Below, one piece after another: positions 37,791 to 47,832 of a stretch of DNA of 64,000 nt. The translations under genes and the position numbers were made by a program. Location of the stretch: assembly GCA_963749075.1 (NCBI GenBank), contig CAVVLJ010000017.1, forward strand, positions 416,001 through 480,000, given 5' to 3'. This stretch comes from an uncultured Pseudomonadota bacterium. GTDB taxonomy: Bacteria > Pseudomonadota > Alphaproteobacteria > JACZXZ01. The notes beneath the pieces are model-generated. The model searched no databases. It was not told the DNA's origin and was given only the letters and a program-made list of their open reading frames with translations. Position 1 is the stretch's first letter; each line of letters starts with the position of its first letter.

Positions 37791-39470
37791 GTGAAGACTG
37801 TCACGGAGGTGCTGGTCGAACTGGGCAAGCTCAGCCCGGAGGATGTTGGCCGCGCGCGCCGGGCGCAGCAGAACCCCGACGACCCCTTGGACGACGTGCT
37901 CGAGCAGCTCGGCCTGCTCTCGAGCCCGACCAAGGCGCTCGCCGTATCTATCGTCCACAGCCTGCCGCTCGCGAGGGCGGCGGATTTCCCGCCGAGCCCG
38001 CCGGCGCTTTCCGGCCTCTCGCCCAAGTTTCTGCGCGACGCCAAGGCGCTGCCCATAGCACTCCGCGAGGACGGCATCGTGCTCGCCATGGCCGACCCGG
38101 GTGCTGCCTATGTCATCGATGCCGTGCGGCTCGCAAGCGGCCGGCCGGTGATCCCCTGGGTCGCCGCCGGTTCGGACATCGAAGCGGCGCTCAACCGCTA
38201 TTTCCCGCCCGGAGAGGTGCCAGCGGAGCCTGCGGCAGAGGCGCTCGCCGGCGGCGGCGAGGCTGCTGAAGAGGACGTCCATCGCCTCCAGGACCTTGCG
38301 CGCGAGGCGCCGGTCATCCGGCTCGTCAACCAGATCTTCGCAGATGCCGTCGAGGCGCGCGCCTCCGACATCCACATCGAGCCTTTCCGCGACGAGCTCC
38401 GGCTGCGCTACCGCGTGGACGGCGCGCTCCGCCACTTGCCTGCTCCGCCGGCAAGGCTTGCCCGCGCCATCGCCTCGCGCATCAAGATCCTGGCGCGGCT
38501 CAACATCGCCGAGCGCCGCTTGCCGCAGGACGGCCGCGCGCGCTTCGCCGTCGGCGGCCGGCAGATCGACCTGCGCGTTGCCACCATGCCGACCATCCAT
38601 GGCGAGAGCATCTCGATCCGCCTGCTCGAAGACATGGGCGAGGCGCCGAGCTTCGCGAGCCTCGGCCTCTCGACCGGAGCCGAGGAGACGCTGCGGAAGG
38701 CGCTCGCGGCCCCGCACGGCATGGTGCTTGCGACCGGGCCCACCGGCAGCGGCAAGACGACGCTCCTCTACGCGGCGCTCAACATGCTCAACCGCGAGGA
38801 GTGCAACATCCTCACCGTCGAGGATCCGATCGAATACCAGATCCCCGGCATCAATCAGGTCCAGGTCAAGGCGGAGATCGGCCTGAGCTTCGCGCGGCTC
38901 CTGCGCTCTATGGTGCGGCATGACCCCGACATCATCATGGTCGGCGAGATGCGCGACGGCGAGACCGCAAACATCGGCGTGCATGCGGCCCTGACCGGTC
39001 ACCTGGTGCTGACCACGCTCCATACCAACAGCGCCGCGGGTGCGGTTGCGCGCCTCGTCGACATGGGGGTGCCGCCGTTCCTCCTGACGTTGACCCTCCG
39101 AGCCATGATCGGCCAGCGCCTGGTCCGCGTCCTCTGCCGCGAGTGCCGCGAGCCGATCCCGACTCCGGCCGATTTCGCGATTCTTGCAGCTCGGCACGGC
39201 ATCGCCGACGCCGGGGCGGGTACGCTCTTCCGCGCCACGGGCTGCGAGGCCTGCGCTGGGACCGGCTATTACGGCCGCACCGGCATCTTCGAGCTCATCG
39301 AGATGGACGACGGCATGCGCGAGCTGGTGCGCGCGGGTGCGGGCACGCGCGAGATCGAGCGCGCGGCCCGCGAGCAGGGCGTGATAACGATGTTCTGCGA
39401 CGGCCTCGGCAAATGCCTCGCCGGCGTCACCACGCTCGCCGAGGTCGCGCGCGTGACCGAGGCCTGGTGA
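37791..39470 (+). CDS. gspE: Type II secretion ATPase GspE
   Basis: ASDIHIEP, RYRVDG, AERRLPQDGR, GPTGSGKTT, TVEDPIE, DPDIIMVGEMRD, TGHLVLTTLHTN, CREC...CEAC. Confidence 0.95.
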   Translation: MKTVTEVLVELGKLSPEDVGRARRAQQNPDDPLDDVLEQLGLLSSPTKALAVSIVHSLPLARAADFPPSPPALSGLSPKFLRDAKALPIALREDGIVLAMADPGAAYVIDAVRLASGRPVIPWVAAGSDIEAALNRYFPPGEVPAEPAAEALAGGGEAAEEDVHRLQDLAREAPVIRLVNQIFADAVEARASDIHIEPFRDELRLRYRVDGALRHLPAPPARLARAIASRIKILARLNIAERRLPQDGRARFAVGGRQIDLRVATMPTIHGESISIRLLEDMGEAPSFASLGLSTGAEETLRKALAAPHGMVLATGPTGSGKTTLLYAALNMLNREECNILTVEDPIEYQIPGINQVQVKAEIGLSFARLLRSMVRHDPDIIMVGEMRDGETANIGVHAALTGHLVLTTLHTNSAAGAVARLVDMGVPPFLLTLTLRAMIGQRLVRVLCRECREPIPTPADFAILAARHGIADAGAGTLFRATGCEACAGTGYYGRTGIFELIEMDDGMRELVRAGAGTREIERAAREQGVITMFCDGLGKCLAGVTTLAEVARVTEAW

Positions 39471-39472
39471 GC

Positions 39473-40688
39473 GTGCCCGTCTTCGAATATCTCGCACTCG
39501 ATGCCAGCGGCGAGCGCGTGCGCGGCCGCATGGAGGCCTTGAACGCGCAGGCGGTGGTGACGCAGCTCCAGGCGCATGGGCATCTGCCGATCGAGTCCCG
39601 CGAGGTGACGAGCGCGGACGCCGCCGTCGCAAGGCCGCAGTCATGGCGGCGCTCGGTCGGGGGCCGCGAGGTCGCCGGCTTCTTCCGCGCGCTTTCCGCA
39701 CTGCTCGCGGCGGGGCACCCGCTCGACCAAGCGCTCGGCGTCCTCGAGGGCGCCGCCGCGAGCAAGCGCCTCGCGCGCGCGACGGCCGGGATCAGGGCCA
39801 AGGTGCGCGCCGGCCAGACGCTGAGCAGCGGGCTCGAGGAATGCGGGGCGATCTTCACCCCGCTCGACGTTCTCGATCGCGCGCGCGGGCGAGGCGACGG
39901 GGATGCTCGCCCTCGTCCTCACGCGGCTTGCCGACTACCGCGAGAAATCCGCGCGCCTGCGCGAGAGCGTGCTCGCGGCCCTCTATTATCCCGCCATCGT
40001 GGTATGCGTGGCCGCGCTCGCCCTCGTTTTCCTCCTCAGCTATGTGGTGCCGCAGTTCGAGCAGCTCTTCGCCGAGGCCCATGCTGCGCTGCCGCGGCCG
40101 ACCGAGATCGTCATTGCCGCCGGCCGCTTCTTCCGCGACGACGGCTGGGCGCTCGCGCTGGCGCTCGCGTGCCTGCTCCTCCTCTACGAGCGCGCCATGC
40201 GGCGCCCGGGCCCGCGCCTGCTGCGCGACCGCCTGCTGCTGCATGTCCCGATCGTGCGAGGCCTTATCCTGGATACGGCCACGGCGCGCCTCTCGGAGAC
40301 GCTGGCGACGCTGCTCGAGAGCGGCCTCGAGCTGCCGGCGGCCTTGGCGCTCGCGCGCGGCGTCGTCGGCAACGCCGCCCTCGCCGAGGACATCGAGCGT
40401 GCCATCCTCGGCGTGCGCGACGGGCGGCACTTCTCGGACGAGCTCAAGGCGAGCGGCCTCTTCCCCAAGCTCGCGGTCAGCATGCTGCGGGTCGGCGAGG
40501 AGAGCGGCAATCTGGCGCAGGCGGCGGCGCAGGTCGCGGCATTCTTTGCTGAGAGGCTCGAGCGCACGCTCAAGCGCCTGCTCGTGCTCGTCGAGCCGGC
40601 GCTCATCCTTGCCGTCGGCTTGCTGGTTGGCGGCATCGTCTTTTCCATTATAATTGCTGTCATCAAGGTCAATGGGCTGGCGGCCTAG
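39473..40688 (+). CDS. gspF: Type II secretion inner-membrane protein GspF (apparent +1 frameshift at ~39870)
   Basis: VPVFEYLALD N-terminus; deleting one T in GACGTTCTC restores LDVSIARAGEATGML; ALYYP, VVPQF, VGEESGNL, LVEPALIL. Confidence 0.88.
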
Positions 40689-40705
40689 CGCAAGAGGAGG
40701 GAGAA

Positions 40706-41200
40706 TTGCCGCGCGTGTCGCCCTCGTCCTTCGCACCCCGCCGGGATAGGCCGCATTGCCTTCCTGCCTGCGGGAGAGGAAAGCGCCGGCGTCGGCGCGA
40801 GCGCGGCTTCACGCTCATCGAGCTCCTCGTCGTCCTCGTCATCCTCGGACTTCTCGCCGGCCTCGTGGCGCCGCACGTGCTTGATTATCTGAGCGGCGCG
40901 CGCAAGGACACGGTCCAGCTCCAGATGAAGAACCTCGCCGATATCCTCGATCTCTACTATCTCGAGAACCATTCCTACCCCACCACCAGCCAGGGGCTCG
41001 AGGCGCTCACCCGCTGTCCCCCCGCCTGCACCGACGGCACGCGGCCGATGCTCGCGAACGTGCCGCGCGATCCTTGGAAGCACCCCTACATCTATCGCGC
41101 GCCGGGACAGAGCGGCCCCTTCGACCTCTGCTCGAGCGGGCCCGGCGGCGACGCGCAAAGCGAAGGAGCGAGCGGTGTCATCTGCTACCAGCACCCGTGA
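40706..41200 (+). CDS. gspG: Major pseudopilin GspG
   Basis: GFTLIELLVVLVILGLLAGLVAP, LDLYYLE, YPTTSQGLEAL, PRDPWKHPYIYRAPG; GAGGAGG RBS. Confidence 0.92.
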   Translation: MPRVSPSSFAPRRDRPHCLPACGRGKRRRRRERGFTLIELLVVLVILGLLAGLVAPHVLDYLSGARKDTVQLQMKNLADILDLYYLENHSYPTTSQGLEALTRCPPACTDGTRPMLANVPRDPWKHPYIYRAPGQSGPFDLCSSGPGGDAQSEGASGVICYQHP

Positions 41201-41645
41201 GGCGGCGGGCGGCTTCACGCTCATCGAGCTCCTCGTCGTCCTCGCCATCCTCGCGGGCCTGCTCTATTTCGCCGTGCCGCGGCTGACGGCGAGCGGCGGA
41301 GCGGTGGCGCTCCGCGCCGCTGCGGCCGATCTCGCGGCCGAGCTCCGCGTCGTGCGTAGCGCCGCGATCGCGGCGGACGACGCCAAGATCCTGATCGTCG
41401 ATCCGAAGCGCCATCGCTTCGCCGCCGAAGGTGCCGCGCATGCCCATCTCGTGCCGTCCGACGTGCGCATGACGGTGCTGACCGCCGAAAGCGAGCTCCT
41501 GCCGGACGGCAGGCCTGCGATCCGCTTTTTCCCGGACGGTTCCTCGACCGGCGGCGGGGTCGAGCTCGCGGGGACGAGCGTCACGGTCGTCGTCGCGGTC
41601 GATTGGCTGACCGGCCAGGTCAGCCTGCGCGACAAGCGGCCGTGA
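41175..41645 (+). CDS. gspH: Minor pseudopilin GspH
   Basis: GFTLIELLVVLAI; IRFFPDGSSTGG; VDWLTGQV. Confidence 0.85.
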   Translation: MSSATSTREAAGGFTLIELLVVLAILAGLLYFAVPRLTASGGAVALRAAAADLAAELRVVRSAAIAADDAKILIVDPKRHRFAAEGAAHAHLVPSDVRMTVLTAESELLPDGRPAIRFFPDGSSTGGGVELAGTSVTVVVAVDWLTGQVSLRDKRP

Positions 41646-41646
41646 C

Positions 41647-42033
41647 ATGAGCCGGCGGCAAGGCGCCGAGGGCTTCACCCTCGTCGAGGTGCTGGTCGCC
41701 CTCGTCATCCTCGGCCTCGTGCTGGGCGCCTGCTACCGCCTGCTCTCGACCGGGCTCAAGAGCATCGCCGAGGCGGATGGCTCCCTGCGCGCCGTGCTGG
41801 TCGCCGAATCGGTGCTCGCGGACGCGAGCCAGCGCGACGATCCCCGCGACGCCGCGAACGACCTCGCGATCGACGGCTACCGCTGCAACGTCGCGGTCGT
41901 CCCTTATGACGATGCGGAGATGCCGGGTCCCGAGGAGACCCACCTCCGCCTCTATCGCGTGACGGTCACCGTCGAATGGGGGCTTCGGCGGTCCTACGAG
42001 CTCGCGACGCTCGCCCTCGGGCCCGCGTCGTGA
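41647..42033 (+). CDS. gspI: Minor pseudopilin GspI
   Basis: GFTLVEVLVALVIL; LYRVTVTVEW; position in the operon. Confidence 0.85.
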   Translation: MSRRQGAEGFTLVEVLVALVILGLVLGACYRLLSTGLKSIAEADGSLRAVLVAESVLADASQRDDPRDAANDLAIDGYRCNVAVVPYDDAEMPGPEETHLRLYRVTVTVEWGLRRSYELATLALGPAS

Positions 42034-42695
42034 GCGGTGCCGCGAGCCGTTCCGGGTGCCAAGCGGGCTTCACCCTGCTCGAGGTCGTGGTGGCACTCGT
42101 CATCTTCGGCTTCATCATGGCGGCGCTCTCGGGCGGTCTCGCCTTCTCGCTCAAGGCCTCGCGCACGGGCCAGCGCCTCACCGACGACACGCTCGCGATC
42201 GCCCGCCTCGACGAGCTCCTGCGCCACGATCTCGAACGCGCGCTCCCGCTGCGCGAGGCGGGCGGCGCACATGCGCCGCTCGCCTTCGCCGGCCGCGCCG
42301 AGAGCCTCGAGTTCACCATAGCAGCACCCTCCTACCCCACGGCGGCGGGTCTCTACGAGGTAAGCTTTTCGGTGCTCTCGGGTGCCGGCGTCGAGAGGCT
42401 CAGCTACCGGCGCCGCGCTTCGGCGGCGACGCCGGCGCCCGCCGACGCCGACGAGCGGCCGCGCACGCTGCTCGAGCAGCCCGCCGCCCGCATCAGCTTC
42501 GCCTACTTCGACGGCGAGTCCTGGCGCGACTCTTGGCTCGATGCCGAAGCACTTCCCCGCCTCGTGCGCCTGCGCATCTCGGATGGCTGGCGCGGCGGCC
42601 TGCTCTGGCCCGACATCATCGTGCGGCCCGCGGCCGATGCCGATCCGGAATGCCCGGACAGGAGCCGGGCCAAGGCCTGCGCGGGCGGGAGTTGA
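42030..42695 (+). CDS. gspJ: Minor pseudopilin GspJ
   Basis: GFTLLEVVVALVIF; LRHDLERA; FAYFDGESWRDSW...LPRLVRL. Confidence 0.85.
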   Translation: MSGAASRSGCQAGFTLLEVVVALVIFGFIMAALSGGLAFSLKASRTGQRLTDDTLAIARLDELLRHDLERALPLREAGGAHAPLAFAGRAESLEFTIAAPSYPTAAGLYEVSFSVLSGAGVERLSYRRRASAATPAPADADERPRTLLEQPAARISFAYFDGESWRDSWLDAEALPRLVRLRISDGWRGGLLWPDIIVRPAADADPECPDRSRAKACAGGS

Positions 42696-42700
42696 GAGCC

Positions 42701-43558
42701 GTGGCACCCCTAGTCGGCGAGATCAGGCGCGACAGCGAGAGGGGCGTGGCACTCGTGATCGTGCTCTTCACGCTGGTGGCCATCGCCCTCGTCGTCGGCA
42801 TCTTCAGCCGCACCACCTTCACCGGTCGCCGCGTCGTCGCGAACGAGGCGGAGCATGCGCGCGCCCATGCCATGCTCCCGGCCGGCCTCAACCGCGCCAT
42901 CGTGGCGCTTGCCGATCCCTTGCGCGAGCGGCACTGGCAGCCGGACGGCAGCGTCCACGACTTCGCCTTCGACGGCGGCACGGTCGCCCTCAGCATTCAG
43001 GACGAGGGCGGCAAGATCGATCTCAATGCCGCACCCGCGGCGGTGCTCAAGTCGCTCCTCGCCGAGTTCGGCGTCGCCGAGCACGATGCCACGGCGATCG
43101 TGGCGGAGATCGAGCGTCGGCGCGCGGCCGCCCGTGCCGCGGCCACGGCGAATGCGCCGCGCAAGGTCTTCCACAACAGCGTCGAGCTGCGCGCGATAGA
43201 AGGCATCTCCGGGCCGCTCTATGATACGCTGGCTCCGTTCGTCACCGTCTATTCGGGCAAGCCCGCGATCAATCCCGCCACGGCGCCGGCCGCGGTACTG
43301 GCGGCACTTATCGGCATCGAGCGGCCAGACCTTGTCCAGGCCGTGGCCAGCGGCACAACGGCGGCCTTGAAGGACGCGCGGGAGATCGTGCAGCATCTCC
43401 CCGGGGCGAGCAGCTGGCTCAAGGGCGACTTGGGGCCGTTCTACACGATCTCGGTCGACGCGAGGACGGACGGCGGTGCCGCGGCCTCGGCCGCCTTCGT
43501 GATTTGGCAGACGGGCAGCGCCTTTAGCGTGATCGAGCGGCACGACCGGGCGCTTTGA
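42701..43558 (+). CDS. gspK: Minor pseudopilin GspK
   Basis: RGVALVIVL (no Glu+5), IQDEGGKIDLN, ELRAIEGI, LAPFVTVYS, INPATAP. Confidence 0.88.
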   Translation: MAPLVGEIRRDSERGVALVIVLFTLVAIALVVGIFSRTTFTGRRVVANEAEHARAHAMLPAGLNRAIVALADPLRERHWQPDGSVHDFAFDGGTVALSIQDEGGKIDLNAAPAAVLKSLLAEFGVAEHDATAIVAEIERRRAAARAAATANAPRKVFHNSVELRAIEGISGPLYDTLAPFVTVYSGKPAINPATAPAAVLAALIGIERPDLVQAVASGTTAALKDAREIVQHLPGASSWLKGDLGPFYTISVDARTDGGAAASAAFVIWQTGSAFSVIERHDRAL

Positions 43559-43575
43559 GCGGGTCCGCGGGAAAG

Positions 43576-44682
43576 ATGGCAAGCATCGAGCTAAGCAATT
43601 CGACCGCGGCGCTCGGCCGGCGCTTCCTCGCTTGGTGGCTGGGCGAGCTTGCCGCCGTCTTCACGCCGGCCGGGTCGCTCTCGCAGGCGCCCTTGGTCAA
43701 TGCGCTCGTGCTCGATTGCCGGGGCCACGAGCTGCGCCTCGCGCAGCGCAAGGGCGGGCGCGAGCTCCCGCTCGGCACGCTGCCGCTTGAGGATCCAGCC
43801 GAGCGCCAGATCGAGCATGTTAGCACCCTCTTCCGCCGCGGCGGCGGGCGCGCCATCGTGCTGCGCTTTCCCGCCGAGACGGGCCTCAGGCGGACGGTGC
43901 CGTTGCCGCTTGCGGCCGAGCGGGACCTGCGGCAGATCCTGTCCCACGAGATGGAGCGTCTCACCCCCTGGCCGGCGGAGGCGGTCTATTTCTCGGCCGA
44001 GGTCGCCGAGCGCCGCGCCGCGAGCCGCGAGCTCACAGCACAGCTCGCCGTGATCCCTGCCGCCGTCGTGGCACCCGTGGCGGCACGGCTGCGGCAATGG
44101 GGCTTGGCGCCGACGGCACTCGAGCTCGCCGCCGCCGAGGGCGGCGGCACGGATGCCGGCGCAAGGCTCTTCGGCAAGGAACTGCCCGTGCCCGCCGCCG
44201 GCCGCCGCCATGGCCGCCTCCTCGGCGGCGCCGCAGCAGTGCTCGCCATTTTCTGGCTCGGCTGCGGCACGCTCCATTACTGGCGCCAAGAGCGCATCGA
44301 CGCGCTCGAGGCGCAGCTCGCCGCAGCAAGGAGCAAGGCGGAGCATGCCGAGGTGCTGCGCGTCGAGCTCGCGCGCTTGAGCGGCAGCGACCGCGATCTC
44401 GTCAACCGTCCCGCCGGCAGCACGCCGCTCATCGTCCTCCTCGATGCCTTGAGCACGCTCCTGCCCGACGGGAGCTGGCTGACCGAGCTCCATATAGGCC
44501 GCACGGGAATCGAGCTCTCCGGCTATTCCGAGGATGCCGCGGCCCTCATTCCCCTCATCGAGCGCTCGCATTATTTTTCCGACGTGAAGTTCCGCGCCAA
44601 TCTGGTACGCGATCCCCAGCTCCGATTGGACCGCTTCCAGATCGCCGCCGCCCTGCGCGCAGCGAAGGGAGATGCGCCGTGA
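43576..44682 (+). CDS. gspL: GspL/PilN-like protein
   Basis: FLAWWLGEL, LPLAAERDLRQIL..E, TPWPAEAVYF, single TM, LPDGSWLTEL, LSGYSEDAAALI. Confidence 0.82.
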   Translation: MASIELSNSTAALGRRFLAWWLGELAAVFTPAGSLSQAPLVNALVLDCRGHELRLAQRKGGRELPLGTLPLEDPAERQIEHVSTLFRRGGGRAIVLRFPAETGLRRTVPLPLAAERDLRQILSHEMERLTPWPAEAVYFSAEVAERRAASRELTAQLAVIPAAVVAPVAARLRQWGLAPTALELAAAEGGGTDAGARLFGKELPVPAAGRRHGRLLGGAAAVLAIFWLGCGTLHYWRQERIDALEAQLAAARSKAEHAEVLRVELARLSGSDRDLVNRPAGSTPLIVLLDALSTLLPDGSWLTELHIGRTGIELSGYSEDAAALIPLIERSHYFSDVKFRANLVRDPQLRLDRFQIAAALRAAKGDAP

Positions 44683-45284
44683 TGGCGGCGCTCGGCCCCC
44701 GGCAATCGCGCGCGCTGGCGCTGGCGCTCCTCCTCCTGGTCATCGCCGCGGTCGTCGCGGGCGTCGTCTGGTCGGCCGCGGCATTGCGCGCGCAGGGCAA
44801 GGCACTCGCCCGGCTCGAGACCAACGTCGGGCGCTTCGCCGCCTTCGCCCAGGGGCGCGCGGCGCTCGAGAGCCGGCTCGCGGCACTCCGCCGCGGCGAG
44901 GCGCAGGATGCCAGCCTCTTCAACGCGGCAACCGTCAATCAGGCGACGGCGGCGCTCCAGCATCTGGTCGACGATGTGGTGACCGAGGCGAGGGGGCATA
45001 CCGACACCGTCGAGATTCTGCCCGAGAAGAGCGACGGGCCGCTCATCCGCATCGGCGAGCGGCTCACCATGAGCGGCGACATCGCCGCCGTGCGTCGCAT
45101 CCTCTTTCGCCTCGAAGCGGGCAAGCCCGCGCTCTTCGCCGACAACCTGCGCATCCGCATCAACGATGCGGCGGAGCTCGTGACGGGGCACTTCGATGCG
45201 TCCAAGCCGGCGCCGCTCGCCGTCGGCCTCGAGCTCTACGGCTATACGCTCGCGCGCGCCGACGGCGCAGCGGTGCCGCGTTGA
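44682..45284 (+). CDS. gspM: GspM (XpsM-like) protein
   Basis: N-terminal TM, coiled coil, ATAALQ, LFRLEAGKPALFADNL. Confidence 0.78.
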   Translation: MAALGPRQSRALALALLLLVIAAVVAGVVWSAAALRAQGKALARLETNVGRFAAFAQGRAALESRLAALRRGEAQDASLFNAATVNQATAALQHLVDDVVTEARGHTDTVEILPEKSDGPLIRIGERLTMSGDIAAVRRILFRLEAGKPALFADNLRIRINDAAELVTGHFDASKPAPLAVGLELYGYTLARADGAAVPR

Positions 45285-45325
45285 GGGCGTGCAGCATGGG
45301 CTCGCGCGAACGCCTCGATGATGGG

Positions 45326-45781
45326 ATGCGCCGGAGCGTTGTCCGCCGTCTCATTGCCGCGGCGCTGTTCATGCTGTCGGCCACGGCGGCACCGGCACAG
45401 CAGCCCGCCGCGACGGGCAAGCCCCCTGCCGCCGAGGCATCCCGCGCCGCCGGCGACGGCGACTTGAGCGGCGTGCCGCTCGAGCATTTCCGCGCCATCG
45501 TGGAACGGCCGCTCTTCTCGCCGACGCGCCGGCCGCCGCCGTCCCAGGCCGGCGAGCCGGATAGCGGCACCCGGCAATTCCAGCTCAAGGGGGTCATCGT
45601 CTCGGCGCGCGATCAGCATGCGCTCATCGTCTCGCAGTCGACGGGCAAATCCTACCAGGTGCGGACCGGCGACGTGGTCGAGGGCTGGCGCGTCGAGCGC
45701 ATCACTGGGGACTCGGTCGCCTTCACCAAGGGCGGCGTCGAGGCGCTGGTACCCCTCCTGCCGCCGCATGCCCATCCCTGA
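45326..45781 (+). CDS. XpsN/GspC-like HR-domain protein (start uncertain, 45296 possible)
   Basis: N-terminal hydrophobic segment, ERPLFSPTRRPP, FQLKGVIV...ALI...GDVVEGWRVERI. Confidence 0.7.
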   Translation: MRRSVVRRLIAAALFMLSATAAPAQQPAATGKPPAAEASRAAGDGDLSGVPLEHFRAIVERPLFSPTRRPPPSQAGEPDSGTRQFQLKGVIVSARDQHALIVSQSTGKSYQVRTGDVVEGWRVERITGDSVAFTKGGVEALVPLLPPHAHP

Positions 45782-45890
45782 GCCGGCCGCCCGGCCGCGA
45801 AGAGGGCCGCATAGTCTTGGGGAAGGGGCTGCGCGGACGGGACCGGCACCTCCCGCCCGCAAGCGCGCCACCTGGACGGCGATCGCCGGG

Positions 45891-46848
45891 CTACTGCAGC
45901 ATGATCGACGAAAGGGTCGGCCCCGGCGTCGAATTGTCGGAGATCTGGTTGTTGCCGAACGACGATATGGCACCGCCGTTCGTGATCAAGACGCCGGTGG
46001 CATTTCCGGAAACGACCGAATAGCCGATCCTGATCAAGGCGCTCCCGCTGGCATTGAGGCCGGCGCCGTTGTTGACCGAAAGGGTGCGCGTAACCTGCAT
46101 CAGGGCGGACGCGCCGGCCGACGAGGACGCCGTCAAGCCGGAGTTGGTGTTTTCGCCGGCCACGCTGTCGGTGACCGAGACAAAGCTGGTTGCGCTGGCG
46201 GTGCTGCCGTCCACCCGAATCCCCAATACGTTGTTCGTCACGATGACGCGGGCGATCGAAGCTTTGGCGCTTCCGCCCGAGGTAGGCGCGATGATGATGC
46301 CGCCGCCCGTCGAGCCGGTTCCATTCTCGGCGATGCGGGTGTCGGACACGTCAAGCGCGGCCGCGCCGCTTGGCGTGAATGAGAATTCCCGTCGCGCTGC
46401 CGGCTTGGAAGCCGCGGATGAGGCAGTTCTTGACATGAAGAGCGGCCCCGGAGGTGAAGCTGATGCCGGAGAGACCTGATCCGATCCCTTCGAAATCAAG
46501 GCCGCTCAAATAGACGACGATGGTGTTGGCGCCGCCGTCGGTGATGTTGATGCCGTTGGTTCCCGACACCAGCACGCCGCCATTCGACATCGGATCGCAG
46601 ACGATCGCGATGGACTTGGTGATGGTGACGGCGCCGAACCCGCCCGGATCGAGGCAGTTGATCTCGCCGGCCGCCAACGTCTTGCTGATGGCGCCGGCGA
46701 AGGTCTTGCAAGGCGCCGTCCTGCTGCATGGGTTGGCATCGTCGCCGACGCCCGATACCCAGGTGCGGCTCGCCTGGGCGTGCGCCGCCTCGGGCGCCGC
46801 CAACAGGCAAAACGTCAATGAAGCCAGAACGATGGCAAGCGCTTTCAT
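45891..46848 (-). CDS. Secreted right-handed parallel beta-helix protein (apparent +1 frameshift at ~46384)
   Basis: Sec signal ending AHA/QA, RTWVSGVGDDANPCSRTAPCKTFAGA, GEINCLDPGGFG, Gly/Asn/Ser-rich beta-helix repeats; deleting one base restores ATGISFTPSG. Confidence 0.82.
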
Positions 46849-47124
46849 GCCCCCCTCCATGATATAATAGGTTGAGCGAGCTGCCGCTACTCTTCTACTC
46901 TTCGCACATCCCACTTATCAATGGTCCCACGTCTAACCATCAAGTCTAGCAGAGGCGATGACTTTCCACAACAGCGGATACCCGGGAGAGCCCATGCGGG
47001 GAGCAAGCGCTCGCGCAGCTCGCAGCGCTTTCGGGACGTCGCGACCGTCGCGGATTGTCCCGCGGCTGGCAGAGCGATCAGCGGCACGACGCGTGGCCGG
47101 CCAGGCCGGCGCGGGTGCGTCCCG

Positions 47125-47817
47125 ATGCTGTTGATCGTCAATTCCATGCCCAAGTGCGGCAGCACATGGTTCCATGATTTTGTGGCCCGTTGCCTGTCCG
47201 CCATCGGTCACCCGACCGCGCGCCAAGCGACCGCCGCTCGTCCGATCACGCTCAACGAGCGCGACAACCCGGGCTCGCTCGAAGGCCGCGTCCTCGGGAT
47301 CCTGCTGGACGCGGCACGTTCGAATACTTTCGCCGTGAAGGCGCATGTCCCGCCCAATCGAGAGCTCGTCGCTGCGCTCGGCGGCGGCGGCGCGAGGTCC
47401 GCTTTCCTCATACGGCATCCCGCCGATGTGGTGCGTTCCTCGCTGGCGTACGGCGAATTCTGCCGGCGGGCGGGACGCGACGAGCCCTACGCGGATTTCT
47501 ATCGAACCGAGGACGCAGCGGCATTCGTCGAGCCGTTCGTCGATTGGGCGGAGCGGTGGCTCGCCCTGGGCAGCGCAGCCCGTGTCATCCGATACGAATA
47601 TCTATTTGCCACCGACGAGAATACTCTTGCCGCCATTCACGAGCTTGCCCCGGATACCGACCCCGTGGCCGCGGAGATTCTGGAGGACATGCGGCCGCGA
47701 AACCTCTCGCAGCCGGAGCGCGACTGGCTCCGCGTCAATCTCGTGCGGCGGCCGGACATAGGCGACGGCGGGGCGGCGGTCTGCGATGCTTGGGCAAGGC
47801 GGCTCGGCTACCCATGA
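47125..47817 (+). CDS. Sulfotransferase-like protein
   Basis: 5'-PSB loop SMPKCGSTW, KAH, 3'-PB motif IRHPADVVRS, IRYEYL. Confidence 0.75.
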   Translation: MLLIVNSMPKCGSTWFHDFVARCLSAIGHPTARQATAARPITLNERDNPGSLEGRVLGILLDAARSNTFAVKAHVPPNRELVAALGGGGARSAFLIRHPADVVRSSLAYGEFCRRAGRDEPYADFYRTEDAAAFVEPFVDWAERWLALGSAARVIRYEYLFATDENTLAAIHELAPDTDPVAAEILEDMRPRNLSQPERDWLRVNLVRRPDIGDGGAAVCDAWARRLGYP

Positions 47818-47832
47818 CACCCGAAGCGCCCG

